Assembly: GCA_963717145.1 (NCBI GenBank)
Contig: OY970325.1
Coordinates: 4,160,001 to 4,224,000 of the forward strand
DNA: 64,000 nucleotides
DNA from: an uncultured Armatimonadetes bacterium
Lineage (GTDB): Bacteria > Armatimonadota > UBA5829 > DTJY01
Direction of reading: 5' to 3'
Of the stretch, positions 29,249 through 39,859 are shown one piece after another. The notes beneath the pieces were generated by a model that searched no databases, was not told the origin of the DNA, and was given only the letters and a program-made list of their open reading frames with translations. Both the position numbers and the translations under genes were made by a program. Positions within the stretch are counted from its first letter, which is position 1, and the number at the start of each line of letters is the position of its first letter.

Positions 29249-31810
29249 TCAGTCCATCAGCGTGATCTGTGCGAACTGGTTGGGGTCGAGCCAGTTCTCC
29301 TTGCTGCCGGCCCAGACGAGCTGGCACTCCTGTCGGAACGTGTCGAAACTCCCGGGCGAGTCATCGTCATCGAGAGCCGTGGTCAACCCGATGGTCGTGC
29401 CGGGTTTCGCGAGCAGGCTGATCTCCGGCATCGGAATCTTCGCTTCGATGACGTATCCACCGGCCCCGAGCGACTCGTCGTACACGAATGCACATTTCCC
29501 GCCCGGAGACGGATCGCCTGAGTGCTGCCAGTTCCAGACCACCGGGCCCTTGGGGGAGTTGAAGCAGCCGTATTGGAAGTCGTCCGAGGAGTACCGGCGC
29601 TCGGACCGGTCGCCCTGCAAGTCGGTGTCGAGGTTGATCTCGATCCCATCGCTGTTGTAGATCTTCTCGCCCCAGATATCTGCGCTCCGGACGTCATCCC
29701 TGATGCGCGCGGCGACGTAGAGCCACAGCTCGTCCCACATCGCGTAGACGACCCCGCTGCCGTCATCCACGCCCTGCCAGTTCTCAGCGCCGACTGCGAT
29801 CTGCTCCTTGCGGCCGAGATGGATCGGCGCGGCGTCCTTCCACTCATCGAGCTTGCCGTCGATGACGATGGGATTCTTCGCCTTCTTGCAGGCGAGGAAC
29901 GAGATCAGCCGCGTCTGCTCGATCGCCGGCCCCTTGTCCGGGATCACCCTGGCGGTGACGGTATACAGCGTGTCACTGGGCAGACTGGGATCGGCGACAT
30001 CCACCGGTACGCGAGCGGTCCCGGCAGACTCGATCAGGGGCAGATCGACCACCTGGTCTTTCGATTCAGCGGGAGGAGTCGCCGTTACGATCAGTTTGCC
30101 CGTGAATTGCGAGGTCTTTCGGCTTCGGACCTCGATCATTGCCCGACCCGAAGCATCCGGCATGATCTCGACCGCCGCCGGAGGTGTCAGCGTGACCGGA
30201 AGCAGAAGGCTCGCACAGAGCTTCACATCGACGATCACCTCCGCCGGGATGCGGAGGATGTTCCCCGGAGCGCTGTCGGGCGTCTTGATCTTCGCCACGA
30301 GGAGCGCTCTCGACTTCGGTTCGAGAGTAAACGGGATCTCCCTCGGCGTGATGAACTCCGAGTGGATCAGCACCTTGCCCTCGATCGCCTTCTCCCCGGC
30401 ATTGACGGCCCGGAAGCCGACATCGTTGGTCTCATCGGCGGCGACGATCATCTGCGGTGGGAGGAACTGGAACTGGTTGCCGGGCATCACCTGCTCCTGC
30501 GCGAACGGCGACTTCTTCGTGATGTAGCAGGGAAGCTCGGTCAGCGTGAGCGTCACCATGCCGTTGACCGGCTTCAGAACGACGCTGCCGGTCGCAGCAT
30601 AGAACCCGGGACCCTGGGGAGTGGACACATTCAACTTGCCGAAACCTGTTGTGGTCACCTGCTGCTGCCACATCGGGAGGCCGTCGACGGTGACCTCCTC
30701 ATCGCCGACGTAGAGCGTGATGTTCTGCACGCCCTCAGTCGACCACATGACTCCGACTTCCTGCTTCTCTCGGGAGAAGACACGTATTCGTGCCTTCTCC
30801 TCGGTCCAGAGCGAGCGAGAGAACCTCGTGCCCGCCAGGTTCTGAGTCATCGCCTGGTAGGCGATGTAGGCGGGTTTCGGCGAGCCGTCCTGGAACCGGA
30901 TGCCAAAGTTGTCCTCATTGTACGTACGGTCCGGGCCGTCGTTGCCGAACCAGTACCAGAAGATCGTCTCCACCCCGGCGGACATCGACTCGATGTAGGC
31001 CCTGACCAGCATGTTGGCCTGCTTCTCAGGGGTGCTGCCCGTCGACCCGACGTGCGTCGGCCATCCCATCTCGGTGATCCAGAGCGGCTTGTCCTTCATG
31101 CCGTACTTGCTCATCAGGTCTCGGACCTTTACGAGGTCGGCCGCGAGGTTGCTCTCTTCGGGAGTACTTGGGTAGCGGTAGGGATGGACGGAGAGGATGT
31201 CCATGCTCTTCGACGTGCCCTCCTTGAGCACCGCCTCGATGAAGTCGAGCGGGATGCCGGCGGTTGCCAGCCCGATCACCGTGCAGCCGGAGTTGCCCTT
31301 CTTGCACGCCTTGTATGCGGCTTTGAGGAGGCTCGCATAGTCCTTCGGATTGGGAGTCGGCCGCCAGAATCCCTCGCCGTTCGGCTCGTTCCAGATCTCC
31401 CAGTACTTGATCTTGCCCTTGAAGGTTCGCGCCATGAACTCGCAGTACCGGGCGAACCCCTCGACGGCCTCCTTCGACACAGGCGCGTTGTTGTCGTCGT
31501 AAAACTTGTTGCCGTAGTCGAGGATGATCATCGGCTCGATCCCGGCCTTGACGGTGTTCTCGACGTTTTGCAGGATGTTGTCATCGATCTTGAGGACGCC
31601 CTTCTCCCGCTCGACGCGCTCCCAATGGATCTCGTCGCGGATGAGCTTGATCCCGGCCTGCGCGCAGAGGTCGATCGTCGCCTGGTGATTGGCGACATCG
31701 CCCTCCATCGAGTGAAGCTGCATGGCAAACGGCGAGGTAGGCTCCTTCTTCGCGGCCTGCGCCGGGATCGCGAGCACGAGTATCAGTAGTATCAGCGAGT
31801 ACGTTCTCAT
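29249..31810 (-). CDS. Secreted clan GH-A glycoside hydrolase (GH5/GH39-like) with C-terminal CBM9-like domain
   Basis: WEIWNEPN acid/base, SVHPY, WITEMGW nucleophile; IDGKLDEW, WDE..LYVA, DGIE, YVIEAKIP. Confidence 0.8.
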   Translation of the reverse strand: MRTYSLILLILVLAIPAQAAKKEPTSPFAMQLHSMEGDVANHQATIDLCAQAGIKLIRDEIHWERVEREKGVLKIDDNILQNVENTVKAGIEPMIILDYGNKFYDDNNAPVSKEAVEGFARYCEFMARTFKGKIKYWEIWNEPNGEGFWRPTPNPKDYASLLKAAYKACKKGNSGCTVIGLATAGIPLDFIEAVLKEGTSKSMDILSVHPYRYPSTPEESNLAADLVKVRDLMSKYGMKDKPLWITEMGWPTHVGSTGSTPEKQANMLVRAYIESMSAGVETIFWYWFGNDGPDRTYNEDNFGIRFQDGSPKPAYIAYQAMTQNLAGTRFSRSLWTEEKARIRVFSREKQEVGVMWSTEGVQNITLYVGDEEVTVDGLPMWQQQVTTTGFGKLNVSTPQGPGFYAATGSVVLKPVNGMVTLTLTELPCYITKKSPFAQEQVMPGNQFQFLPPQMIVAADETNDVGFRAVNAGEKAIEGKVLIHSEFITPREIPFTLEPKSRALLVAKIKTPDSAPGNILRIPAEVIVDVKLCASLLLPVTLTPPAAVEIMPDASGRAMIEVRSRKTSQFTGKLIVTATPPAESKDQVVDLPLIESAGTARVPVDVADPSLPSDTLYTVTARVIPDKGPAIEQTRLISFLACKKAKNPIVIDGKLDEWKDAAPIHLGRKEQIAVGAENWQGVDDGSGVVYAMWDELWLYVAARIRDDVRSADIWGEKIYNSDGIEINLDTDLQGDRSERRYSSDDFQYGCFNSPKGPVVWNWQHSGDPSPGGKCAFVYDESLGAGGYVIEAKIPMPEISLLAKPGTTIGLTTALDDDDSPGSFDTFRQECQLVWAGSKENWLDPNQFAQITLMD

Positions 31811-31830
31811 TCCTGCCTCCATGCAAAACG

Positions 31831-31874
31831 ATGTCCCCCTTACGAAGGGGGACCGGCCTCTGGGCCGAGGGGGT
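31831..31874. repeat. REP-like double hairpin, family D
   Basis: ATGTCCCCCTTRCGAAGGGGGACCGGCCTCTGGGCCGAGGGGGT; near-identical copy at 58030. Confidence 0.8.
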
Positions 31875-32020
31875 TTCTCTCCGGCTGCCCCCAAGGCGGA
31901 ACCGCCAAGACGCCAAGATCGCCAAGCGGACCTTCACCGAGTCCCCACTTCGCAAGGAGTGGAGCTTCGGCTTCCAGCGGTCCGAGACAATCCTACCGCG
32001 TGCACGCGTCGATGTCAAAG

Positions 32021-34075
32021 TCAGCCGTCCGCTTCATCGGATTCGCCGGGGTGAGGGCGCTTGGCCACCCAGTAGTAGAGTGCCGATCCCAGGCTGGACA
32101 GAACGAGGCCATGGATAAAGAGCATGTCCTTCAATCCTGCCAGCGAAGCCACAAGCTGGACCAATCCCAGCACGGCGGCCATGATCAGCAGGGCGATCGG
32201 CGTCCGCACGAGCACCTGGCGCATGGGTGGCTTCTTCCGCACATGGAGCGTCCCTCCCCCGCCGGTTATGAGATCCTTGATATAGCGCTCGAAGTCGTTC
32301 CGACTGCGCGGGAGCCCCCTTTCCGGCTTCCCGAAGACCCTGACGACAACCCACTGGCGGACCGATTCCACCTCATACCATATCACGACCATCCGCGCTC
32401 CTTCGCCGGATGAGTAGTCGTTGTTCCAGCGCCTGACCTCCAGTTTTCCGTCAAGGGGAATGGCGACCTCTCTCGATTCCGCGAGCAGGACGAGCTTGCC
32501 GTCCCGGATCCCGAGCAGCGCTCCCTGCCAGACATCATCATCACCGGTGAGTCTTGCATCCACCAGCACCATCGAGCCGATCGTTTCTTTCCCATACTTT
32601 TCGGCGAGTTTGGCCGTTACCCTCGACTGCACACGGGCGGTTTTGCGCCTGTTATAGGCCTCGATAGGTGCCACAATGACCAGCGCGGTGGCCAGGACTC
32701 CGGCGGCGATTATGGCAGCCATCCTCCATCCGGACTGCTCGTACAGGACCGCAAGGAAGAACGATCCGAACATGAAGCTGCATGCCAGGACTATCGCTAC
32801 AATCCATATGGCTATCTCGACCGGGCGGCTGCCTCGCTTCTCGACCTCCGACCGGGGTTCCTCATGGAAGGCGATCGCGTACCGGTCGCTCGGGCCGAAC
32901 TGCACCTCCATCTCGGCACGGCGCTTGGCCTCGCCTACCTGATCGACGCTGAGCCCCGATCTGCGGGCGATGGTCTCGATGTCCTCTGCGGCCGTCGGAT
33001 GGGTGCCCAGGATCCTCGACCACCAGGGGCGGTCGATCGGTAGTTCGTTGAGCATATAGAGCTTGTAGAAGCCGGAGATCGCCGCCCCGGGATTCTCCAG
33101 GACCGCGACGTTGGCGTCGGCCTTCCGCTCAGAGTACCTGGAGTACCAGCGGATGACCAGGCCGGGCAGAATGAACATTGCCATCCAATTCAGGTACTGG
33201 AGGGATCGAAGGTCGGGCGAAGACCTGATGGTCCGCTCGATATAACTGACCGCCCCGTACCAGGCCAGGGCGACGATGATGCAGGCCGGATAGCTGTACT
33301 GCCAGAGAACGACGTCTCCAAGGTGACCCACCTCGTGGGCGATGACGGCATCGACCTCATCCTTGTCGAGTTTCGTTATTAGCTCCTCGCCGAGCCCAAT
33401 GCAACTTCCGGAATGTGCGATCGCACCAACGTAGCCCTCGGGGTAATGCTCGAGGATGCGCACATCGTCCACTTGGACCTTGGACTTCGATGCGATCTCG
33501 ATAACGCGCTTGTAGAGGTCACCGGGTGCAAGGGGCTTCCACCGGCCGATCCCCGCTGCCAGCCGCCCGAGTGCCCATTCGCCGATCCTGCCTGCAACAA
33601 CGATGCTGACGAACAGGCTCAGTGTCGGCATGCCGCCGGTCGCTATCACGTAGAGCTGCGCCAGGAATCCCGTGTATATGAACCCCTGTAGAAACAGCAG
33701 GAACGTGAGCGAGAGCAGGCGGCCATTCCCGGCGATGAACAGCCTGGCCGCTGTCAGTCGGTCGATGCTCGCCTCCCGCCGGCGTCGGGAAAGCCTGGAG
33801 GGGAGGTAGCTTGCGAAGATGTAGGTCAGCAGGGGTCCCGCGCTGAAGGCCGCTGCTTCATAGCGAGTGAGTTTCAGACGTGCGAGCGAAATGATTGCGA
33901 TCACTACCAGTCCGGGCGTGATCCAGTCGAGCACGGTGTTGATGTCTCGGAAATCGGCCCAGGAGTCGCCCGTGTCACGTCTGAGCGCCCGAGTGCCGAG
34001 GGCGAGAATCATGATTGTGGGTCCGAAGCCCAGCAGAGCCCACATCAGCCACGATGGTGAACCGAATGCACCCAT
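32021..34075 (-). CDS. Multi-pass membrane M48 (HtpX/Ste24-like) metalloprotease
   Basis: AVIAHEVGH, SERKAD, GTHP; many hydrophobic segments; probable leaderless start. Confidence 0.8.
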   Translation of the reverse strand: MGAFGSPSWLMWALLGFGPTIMILALGTRALRRDTGDSWADFRDINTVLDWITPGLVVIAIISLARLKLTRYEAAAFSAGPLLTYIFASYLPSRLSRRRREASIDRLTAARLFIAGNGRLLSLTFLLFLQGFIYTGFLAQLYVIATGGMPTLSLFVSIVVAGRIGEWALGRLAAGIGRWKPLAPGDLYKRVIEIASKSKVQVDDVRILEHYPEGYVGAIAHSGSCIGLGEELITKLDKDEVDAVIAHEVGHLGDVVLWQYSYPACIIVALAWYGAVSYIERTIRSSPDLRSLQYLNWMAMFILPGLVIRWYSRYSERKADANVAVLENPGAAISGFYKLYMLNELPIDRPWWSRILGTHPTAAEDIETIARRSGLSVDQVGEAKRRAEMEVQFGPSDRYAIAFHEEPRSEVEKRGSRPVEIAIWIVAIVLACSFMFGSFFLAVLYEQSGWRMAAIIAAGVLATALVIVAPIEAYNRRKTARVQSRVTAKLAEKYGKETIGSMVLVDARLTGDDDVWQGALLGIRDGKLVLLAESREVAIPLDGKLEVRRWNNDYSSGEGARMVVIWYEVESVRQWVVVRVFGKPERGLPRSRNDFERYIKDLITGGGGTLHVRKKPPMRQVLVRTPIALLIMAAVLGLVQLVASLAGLKDMLFIHGLVLSSLGSALYYWVAKRPHPGESDEADG

Positions 34076-34223
34076 GGGCACAGTATAGTTCAACAGGCGG
34101 CACTGCGCAAGGCGTAGTGTGCGAGTGCATCTACTCCCATACTCCCACACCCCCATACTCCCACACTCAACCTTGCGCCCCGATGCCGCAAAGCGTTAGA
34201 ATCATTCCCGGAGGCACAGACCT

Positions 34224-35252
34224 ATGATCATCGCAATGAGAGCCGACGCCCGACCTGAAGACATCGACCGCGTACTGCAACGGATCACCGACCATGGCAT
34301 GACCGCGCTCAACCTGCCCGGCGGCGACCGGACCGTCATCGGGGTCGCAAGCTCGATCCCGGCGGACGTGCGCGAGCCGCTCACCGAGACGCTCCAGGCG
34401 CTCCCCGGTGTCGATCACATCACTCAGGTCAGCCGCATCTACAAGCTCGCATCCAGGGAGTTCCATGCGGCGGATACAGTCGTGAACGTGAAGGGAGTCG
34501 AGATCGGCGGCAATCGCGTGGTGGTCCTGGCCGGCCCGTGCGCCATCGAGAGCCGGGAACAGCTCCTATCCGCGGCCGAGGCGGTCAAGGGCGCGGGTGG
34601 TCGCGTCCTGCGGGGTGGGGCATACAAGCCTCGGACGTCGCCCTATGCGTTCCAGGGACTCGGCGAGGAGGGCCTGAAGCTCCTCAGAGAGATCGGCGAG
34701 GCGACCGGCATGCCCACGATCACCGAGGTGCTCGACCAGCACGATGTCGATGTGGTCGCCGAGCACGCGGACATCCTCCAGATCGGCGCGCGGAACATGC
34801 AGAATTTCCCGCTCCTGGTGGCGGTCGGGCGGACGAAGCATCCCGTGGTCCTCAAGCGGGGATCGAGCGCGACGATCGATGAGCTGATGCACTCCGCTGA
34901 GTACATCCTCAACCAGGGCAACCAGAATGTCATCCTCTGCGAGCGGGGCGTCCATCCGCTCGATCGGACCTACATGCGCAACACGCTCGACCTCTCCGCC
35001 GTGCCGCTGATCCAGGAGATCTCGCATCTCCCGGTGATCGTCGATCCGAGCCACTCGACCGGCGACTGGCGGTTCGTGGCCTCGATGAGCCGGGCGGCGC
35101 TCGCGGCCGGGGCGGACGGTCTGCTGATCGAGGTGCACCCCGATCCGAAGGCAGCGCTCTGCGACGGCCAACAGTCGCTCAAACCCGAGCGCTTCGCGGC
35201 GCTGATGGAGAGCCTCGGGGCGATCGCACAGGCAGTCGGGCGAAAGCTCTAG
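34224..35252 (+). CDS. aroF: 3-deoxy-7-phosphoheptulonate synthase, type I-beta with N-terminal regulatory domain
   Basis: AGPCAIE, GAYKPRTSPY, IGARNMQN, LCERG, VDPSH. Confidence 0.92.
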   Translation: MIIAMRADARPEDIDRVLQRITDHGMTALNLPGGDRTVIGVASSIPADVREPLTETLQALPGVDHITQVSRIYKLASREFHAADTVVNVKGVEIGGNRVVVLAGPCAIESREQLLSAAEAVKGAGGRVLRGGAYKPRTSPYAFQGLGEEGLKLLREIGEATGMPTITEVLDQHDVDVVAEHADILQIGARNMQNFPLLVAVGRTKHPVVLKRGSSATIDELMHSAEYILNQGNQNVILCERGVHPLDRTYMRNTLDLSAVPLIQEISHLPVIVDPSHSTGDWRFVASMSRAALAAGADGLLIEVHPDPKAALCDGQQSLKPERFAALMESLGAIAQAVGRKL

Positions 35253-35449
35253 AACGCGGAAACACAGAAGCAGACGGAAACACGGAGATCTCTATCAGGA
35301 AACCAGGAATCTAGGAAGCCAGGAAGGGAATGGGAAAGTGGTAGACCGGATGATCCCGAATCCCCCATTCTCCCATTCTCCCGTTCGTGGCTTCCTGCCT
35401 TCCTCATAGAGAACTCCGTGTTTCCGTGTTCCTCTGTGCTTCTGTGTTC
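35252..35449. repeat. Nested fold-back built from 8-9-mer simple repeats
   Basis: ACGGAAACACGGAG/CTCCGTGTTTCCGT outer, CAGGAA/TTCCTG middle and GGGAATGGGA/TCCCATTCTCCC inner arms. Confidence 0.7.
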
Positions 35450-35454
35450 GCAGT

Positions 35455-35522
35455 CTGAAAGGGAACGGGCCGCCCCGATTGCTCGGAACGGCCCGCGACG
35501 GAGGTAAGTAAGGGACACGCCT
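35455..35522 (-). ncRNA. Candidate small regulatory RNA with anti-Shine-Dalgarno motif
   Basis: CATAAT -10 at 35534-35529; UCCCUUACUUACCUCC; 14-bp GNRA-capped hairpin fully paired only on the minus strand; pyrimidine tail. Confidence 0.55.
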
Positions 35523-35707
35523 ACTAACATTATGGCTGACCTGTAAGACTTACTTAACCGCACAATTACCAGGTTTTCCCAGTTTTTCGGCTTTCCGTCT
35601 CCCCAACACCTATCATCCGCTCTGTAGAGGACTTTCCCCCGGGACGGAGAAAGCGTTATCAGGAGCACACCGACAGTCTGTGTGCGCGGAATCACGTGGA
35701 GGCAACC

Positions 35708-37126
35708 ATGACAGGTCTAAGTCGCAGGGAATTCCTCGGTATGGCGGCGGCAACTACCGCATCGTTCGCCATCAGCAGCAGGTTCAGTCCGGTGTTGGGC
35801 GCAAACGACACGATCCGCGTGGCGGTCGTCGGCATCAACGGCAGGGGCGACTCTCACATCGGCAGCCTCTTGGGGCTCGAGGGCGTGGAGATCGCCTATC
35901 TGGTCGATCCCGATACCCGGCTGTTCGAGCGCAGGAGCAAGAAGATCACGGATGCGGGCAAGCGGGCGCCGACGTGCGTGCAGGACCTCCGCACGGCGCT
36001 CGATGACAAGGACCTGGATGCGGTCTCGATCGCCTCCTGCAACCATCAGCACTGCATCCAGACCATCTGGGCCTGTCAGGCGGGCAAGGATGTCTACGTC
36101 GAGAAACCCCTGAGCCAGACCGTGCACGAAGGGCGGATCGCAGTCGAGATGGCCCGAAAGTACGGCCGGGTCGTCCAGTACGGCACGGACAAGGGTACAA
36201 AGGGCGATTTGATCGCCGCACTTGCGCGAAAGGGCACTTACGGGAAGTTGCTGGTGTCGCGCGGACTCTGCTACAAGCGCCGCACCAGCATCGGCTTCAA
36301 GCAGGTCAAGAGTCCACCGAGCGAGTTGGATTTTGATCTCTGGTGCGGCCCGGCGGCGAAGAAGGACTATCACGAGAACCTGGTCCATTACAACTGGCAT
36401 TGGTCCTGGGAATACGGAAACGGCGATATCGGCAATCAGGGCGCACACGAGATGCACGCCGCACTACATGCCATCCCCGACGCCACTCTACCGCGCAGCG
36501 TCGTGAGCATCGGCGGACGATTCGGCTACATTGATCAGGGCCAGACAGCCAATACGCAGGTGGCGATGTTCGACTATGGTGATACGCAACTGATCTTCGA
36601 GGTCCGCGGACTGGAAACCGATGACTACTACGGGCAGAAGATCGGTAACATCTTCCACTTCGAGGACGGAGTGGTCGCGGGCGACAAGTTCTACCCCAAC
36701 GGCGGCAAGGAGCCCGAGCCGGTCGTCAAGGTCGAGCCGGACAAGACCAGCAGGAGCGCGAGTTTCCCGGAGTTCATCAAGGTGATGCGCAGCCGCGACA
36801 AAGAGCTGTTCGACTGGAATATCGAGACGGCGCACTACTCATCCGCCCTCTGCCACCTGGCGAACATCTCCCAGCGTCTCGGCACGAGGGTCACATTCGC
36901 GGGGATATCGGATCCCTTCCAGGCGAACGAGTTCGGAAACGAGACTTTCGGGCGCATGGCCGAGCACCTGAAGGCCAACGGCATCGAGGTCGAGCGCGCG
37001 TCATACCGCCTCGGCCGGGAACTGGCATTCGATCCTGCGACCGAGAGGTTCATCGGCGACGAGCAGGCGAACTACATGCTGAAGCGTACGCCCAGGCCGC
37101 CCTTCGTGATCCCGGACAAGGTCTGA
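35708..37126 (+). CDS. Tat-exported Gfo/Idh/MocA oxidoreductase
   Basis: SRREFL, VGINGRG, DVYVEKP, GDIGNQGAH. Confidence 0.9.
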   Translation: MTGLSRREFLGMAAATTASFAISSRFSPVLGANDTIRVAVVGINGRGDSHIGSLLGLEGVEIAYLVDPDTRLFERRSKKITDAGKRAPTCVQDLRTALDDKDLDAVSIASCNHQHCIQTIWACQAGKDVYVEKPLSQTVHEGRIAVEMARKYGRVVQYGTDKGTKGDLIAALARKGTYGKLLVSRGLCYKRRTSIGFKQVKSPPSELDFDLWCGPAAKKDYHENLVHYNWHWSWEYGNGDIGNQGAHEMHAALHAIPDATLPRSVVSIGGRFGYIDQGQTANTQVAMFDYGDTQLIFEVRGLETDDYYGQKIGNIFHFEDGVVAGDKFYPNGGKEPEPVVKVEPDKTSRSASFPEFIKVMRSRDKELFDWNIETAHYSSALCHLANISQRLGTRVTFAGISDPFQANEFGNETFGRMAEHLKANGIEVERASYRLGRELAFDPATERFIGDEQANYMLKRTPRPPFVIPDKV

Positions 37127-37182
37127 AGGGACAGGTTAAAGGTGCTGGGTGTCGGCGGGAACCGCCAGGCCTGAGTGTGCCG

Positions 37183-38280
37183 TTACACTTTGAACCTGAC
37201 GACCATGATGTCGCCGTCCTTTATGACGTAATCCTTGGTCTCCAGCTTCATCAGGCTCGCCGCCTTCGCTGCTTCCCAGGAACCGGCCTTCGCGAAGTCG
37301 TCGTAGGAGACGATCTCCGCGCGGATGAACCCTCGCTCGAGGTCCGAATGGATCTTCCCGGCGGCTTCGACAGCCTTGTCGCCTTTGTTGATCGTCCACG
37401 CCTTGACCTCGTCCTCGCCGGCGGTGAAGAATGAGAGCAGCCCTAACGCGCGGTATGCGCTCTGCACGACCTTATTCCGCGCCGGTTCGGTGATGCCGAG
37501 CGCCTCCAGGTACTCCTTCTCTTCGTCCTCGGGGAGCTGGGCGACCTCCGCCTCGATGTTGGCGGCGAGTTCGATCAGCTCCATGCCCTCGCTCTCGCAG
37601 TAGGCGCGCAGGCCTTCGACGAGCGGGTTGGTCTTGCCGATATCATCCTCGCCCACATTCGCCACGATGATCATCGGTTTCAGCGTCAGGAAGTCGAAGC
37701 TCCGGATCGTCTTGGCCTCATCGTTCGACAGATCAAGCTCCTTGAGCGGTTTCTCGTCTTCGAGCTGCTTCCCGATCTTTTGCATTAGCTCCAGCTCCAT
37801 CGTCTGCGGGCTGCCTGGGACGATCTTCCTGTTATGCATGCTCTTCTCGATGCGCTCGAGCCGCGTCTCGACCAGCGTGAGGTCGGCGAGCATCAACTCA
37901 TCGTTTACCTTGCGGACATCACGGAGCGGATCGAGCCCGTTCTCGGGGGCGGGGTGAGCCGGGCTCTCGAACGCGCGGACGACGTGGATCAGCGCCTCGA
38001 CCGCTCGGATCCCGGTGAAGAAGTCCGTCCCGAAACCGCGTTGGGTCTCGACCCCGATCGGGGCCGCGCCGTCGATGACTTCTATGTGCGCCGGGCTGAT
38101 CTTCTTCGGCTTGCAGACCTCGACGATGTGGTCGAACCGCGCATCCGGCACGGCGATCGTCCCGATGTTGGCCTCCGCTCGCTTTGCTCCGAATTCCGCG
38201 ACGGGCGCCTCGCCGTGGGTCAATGCGTTGAACAAGGTTGTCTTGCCGATAGCCGGCAAACCGATGATTCCGACCTTCAT
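37183..38280 (-). CDS. ychF: Ribosome-binding ATPase YchF
   Basis: GIIGLPAIGKTTLFNALT, FFTAGEDEVKAW, AGKIHSDLERGFIRAE, GDIMVVRF. Confidence 0.92.
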   Translation of the reverse strand: MKVGIIGLPAIGKTTLFNALTHGEAPVAEFGAKRAEANIGTIAVPDARFDHIVEVCKPKKISPAHIEVIDGAAPIGVETQRGFGTDFFTGIRAVEALIHVVRAFESPAHPAPENGLDPLRDVRKVNDELMLADLTLVETRLERIEKSMHNRKIVPGSPQTMELELMQKIGKQLEDEKPLKELDLSNDEAKTIRSFDFLTLKPMIIVANVGEDDIGKTNPLVEGLRAYCESEGMELIELAANIEAEVAQLPEDEEKEYLEALGITEPARNKVVQSAYRALGLLSFFTAGEDEVKAWTINKGDKAVEAAGKIHSDLERGFIRAEIVSYDDFAKAGSWEAAKAASLMKLETKDYVIKDGDIMVVRFKV

Positions 38281-38311
38281 GTCGGCCTCCTGAGCATTCC
38301 TACTGAGCGCC

Positions 38312-38376
38312 GTAGTGGCCGTGCCTCTGTGCCGGCCTCCGATGTGGCCTGGCCGGCACGGAGGCACGGCCACTAC
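38312..38376. repeat. GTAG-type REP doublet, family C
   Basis: Arms match 7751-7815. Confidence 0.85.
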
Positions 38377-38479
38377 GGCGATGATGCCATGAAAATGCGG
38401 GCAGCGTCTCGGTTCGCTGCCCGCGTACTTGCTGGTGATCAGTGCTGATTATACCAGATTCCGGCGGATCCTGCAGTTT

Positions 38480-39805
38480 CTACCGCCACTCCAATATCCG
38501 ATGCGCCTCCTCGGCAGTCGTGATGCCCTCCAACACCCTCTGTCGGGCGTCGTCCACCATCGTCTTGAAGCCGTCCGCAACCGCCTGTGCCAACAGGACG
38601 TCCGGATCGACCTGGCCGCTCGCGATCATCCTGCTCAGGTCACGGTCAATGATCAGCACCTCGTGTAGCTGACTTCGCCCGCGGAAGCCGGACCCCTTGC
38701 ACGTCTCGCATCCCTTGCCGCGCTGGAACTTGGCATTCCCCTCGAGTCCGTGCAGACCCAGGAAGCGGAGGGCCTCCTCTGATGGCGTGTACTCCTCCCG
38801 GCAGTCTGGGCACACCATCCGGGCGAGCCGCGCGGCGACTACGCCGATCAGGTTCTGCCCGATGATCCATGGATCCACCCCGAACGCCGCCATGTGCTGC
38901 GGTATTGAGGTGGCATTGCCCACAGAGGTCTGAGTGAGCACCAGATGTCCCGTGTGTGCTGCCTCCGATGCGAGCACCATCGATTCGTAGTCACGCACCT
39001 CGCCGATCATGAGCACATCGGGGTCCTGGCGCAGGTAGGCGCGTACCGCCGACGCGAAGGTGAGGCCGGCTCGGGGGTTCACCTGCGTCTGCTGTATGCC
39101 TCTGAGTTGGTACTCGACAGGATCCTCCACAGACACGATGCTGATGTCGGACCTGGGTAGCTCCAGTATCATGGAGTACATCAGCGTCGTCTTGCCGGAA
39201 CCGGCCGGGCCCGTGCAGACTATGATCCCATTCGGCCGCCGTACAAGTTCCCTCACGGTCTCCAGTTGTTCGTCGGAAAAGCACATCTTGTCCAGGCCGA
39301 GGAGCGGTGTCCCTCTGTCGAAGATGCGCAGTACCATCTTCAAGCCGTATATCGACGGTACGATCGATACGCGCAGATCATACTCCTTGCCGTCTCTCCT
39401 CACGGGAAGCCGCCCATCCTGGGCGATTCGGTTCTCAGTGAGCGATACCTCGGCCATCATCCTGACGCGCGCCGTCACAGCGTCCTGCTCCTTTTTCGAG
39501 AGCGTTCTGTCGGGCCGCAGAACGCCGTCGATCCTATACCTGATGTCCATTCCGTCAGCCGTAGGGTCGAAGTGGATATCTGAGGCGCCGCTCTCGATGC
39601 CTTTCATAATGATCTCGTTGGCCATCTTGATGACCCACACTTCGTCCGCGGCCTGCGTGTCGGCCAGTACGCGCCTGGCCGTCTCGAGTTCGCGCTGGCA
39701 GCCGTGGCACCGCGCCAGGTGCTCGTCGACCTCCTTGCCAAACTCCGCGCTCAACTCGCCCTTCAGATAGGCGATCAACTCATCACGAATCTCTTCGCAT
39801 TTCAT
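38480..39805 (-). CDS. zf-HC2/ZAS anti-sigma domain fused to PilB/GspE-family ATPase
   Basis: MKC...HLARCHGC; ASDIHFDP, RYRIDG, QDGR, GPAGSGKTT, VEDPVE, RQDPDVLMIGEVRD, TGHLV, CPDC/CETC. Confidence 0.9.
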   Translation of the reverse strand: MKCEEIRDELIAYLKGELSAEFGKEVDEHLARCHGCQRELETARRVLADTQAADEVWVIKMANEIIMKGIESGASDIHFDPTADGMDIRYRIDGVLRPDRTLSKKEQDAVTARVRMMAEVSLTENRIAQDGRLPVRRDGKEYDLRVSIVPSIYGLKMVLRIFDRGTPLLGLDKMCFSDEQLETVRELVRRPNGIIVCTGPAGSGKTTLMYSMILELPRSDISIVSVEDPVEYQLRGIQQTQVNPRAGLTFASAVRAYLRQDPDVLMIGEVRDYESMVLASEAAHTGHLVLTQTSVGNATSIPQHMAAFGVDPWIIGQNLIGVVAARLARMVCPDCREEYTPSEEALRFLGLHGLEGNAKFQRGKGCETCKGSGFRGRSQLHEVLIIDRDLSRMIASGQVDPDVLLAQAVADGFKTMVDDARQRVLEGITTAEEAHRILEWR

Positions 39806-39859
39806 CTGATATCCTCCATTGTAGGAAAAGCATGGTTAATGGGCAGACGGCGTGAACCA

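Noticed and set aside
29522-31789. 755-aa plus-strand ORF and similar long ORFs (9723-11180, 6703-7917, 41166-42317, 61545-62816)
   Set aside because: Antisense shadows of well-supported GC-rich genes, with no recognisable motifs.
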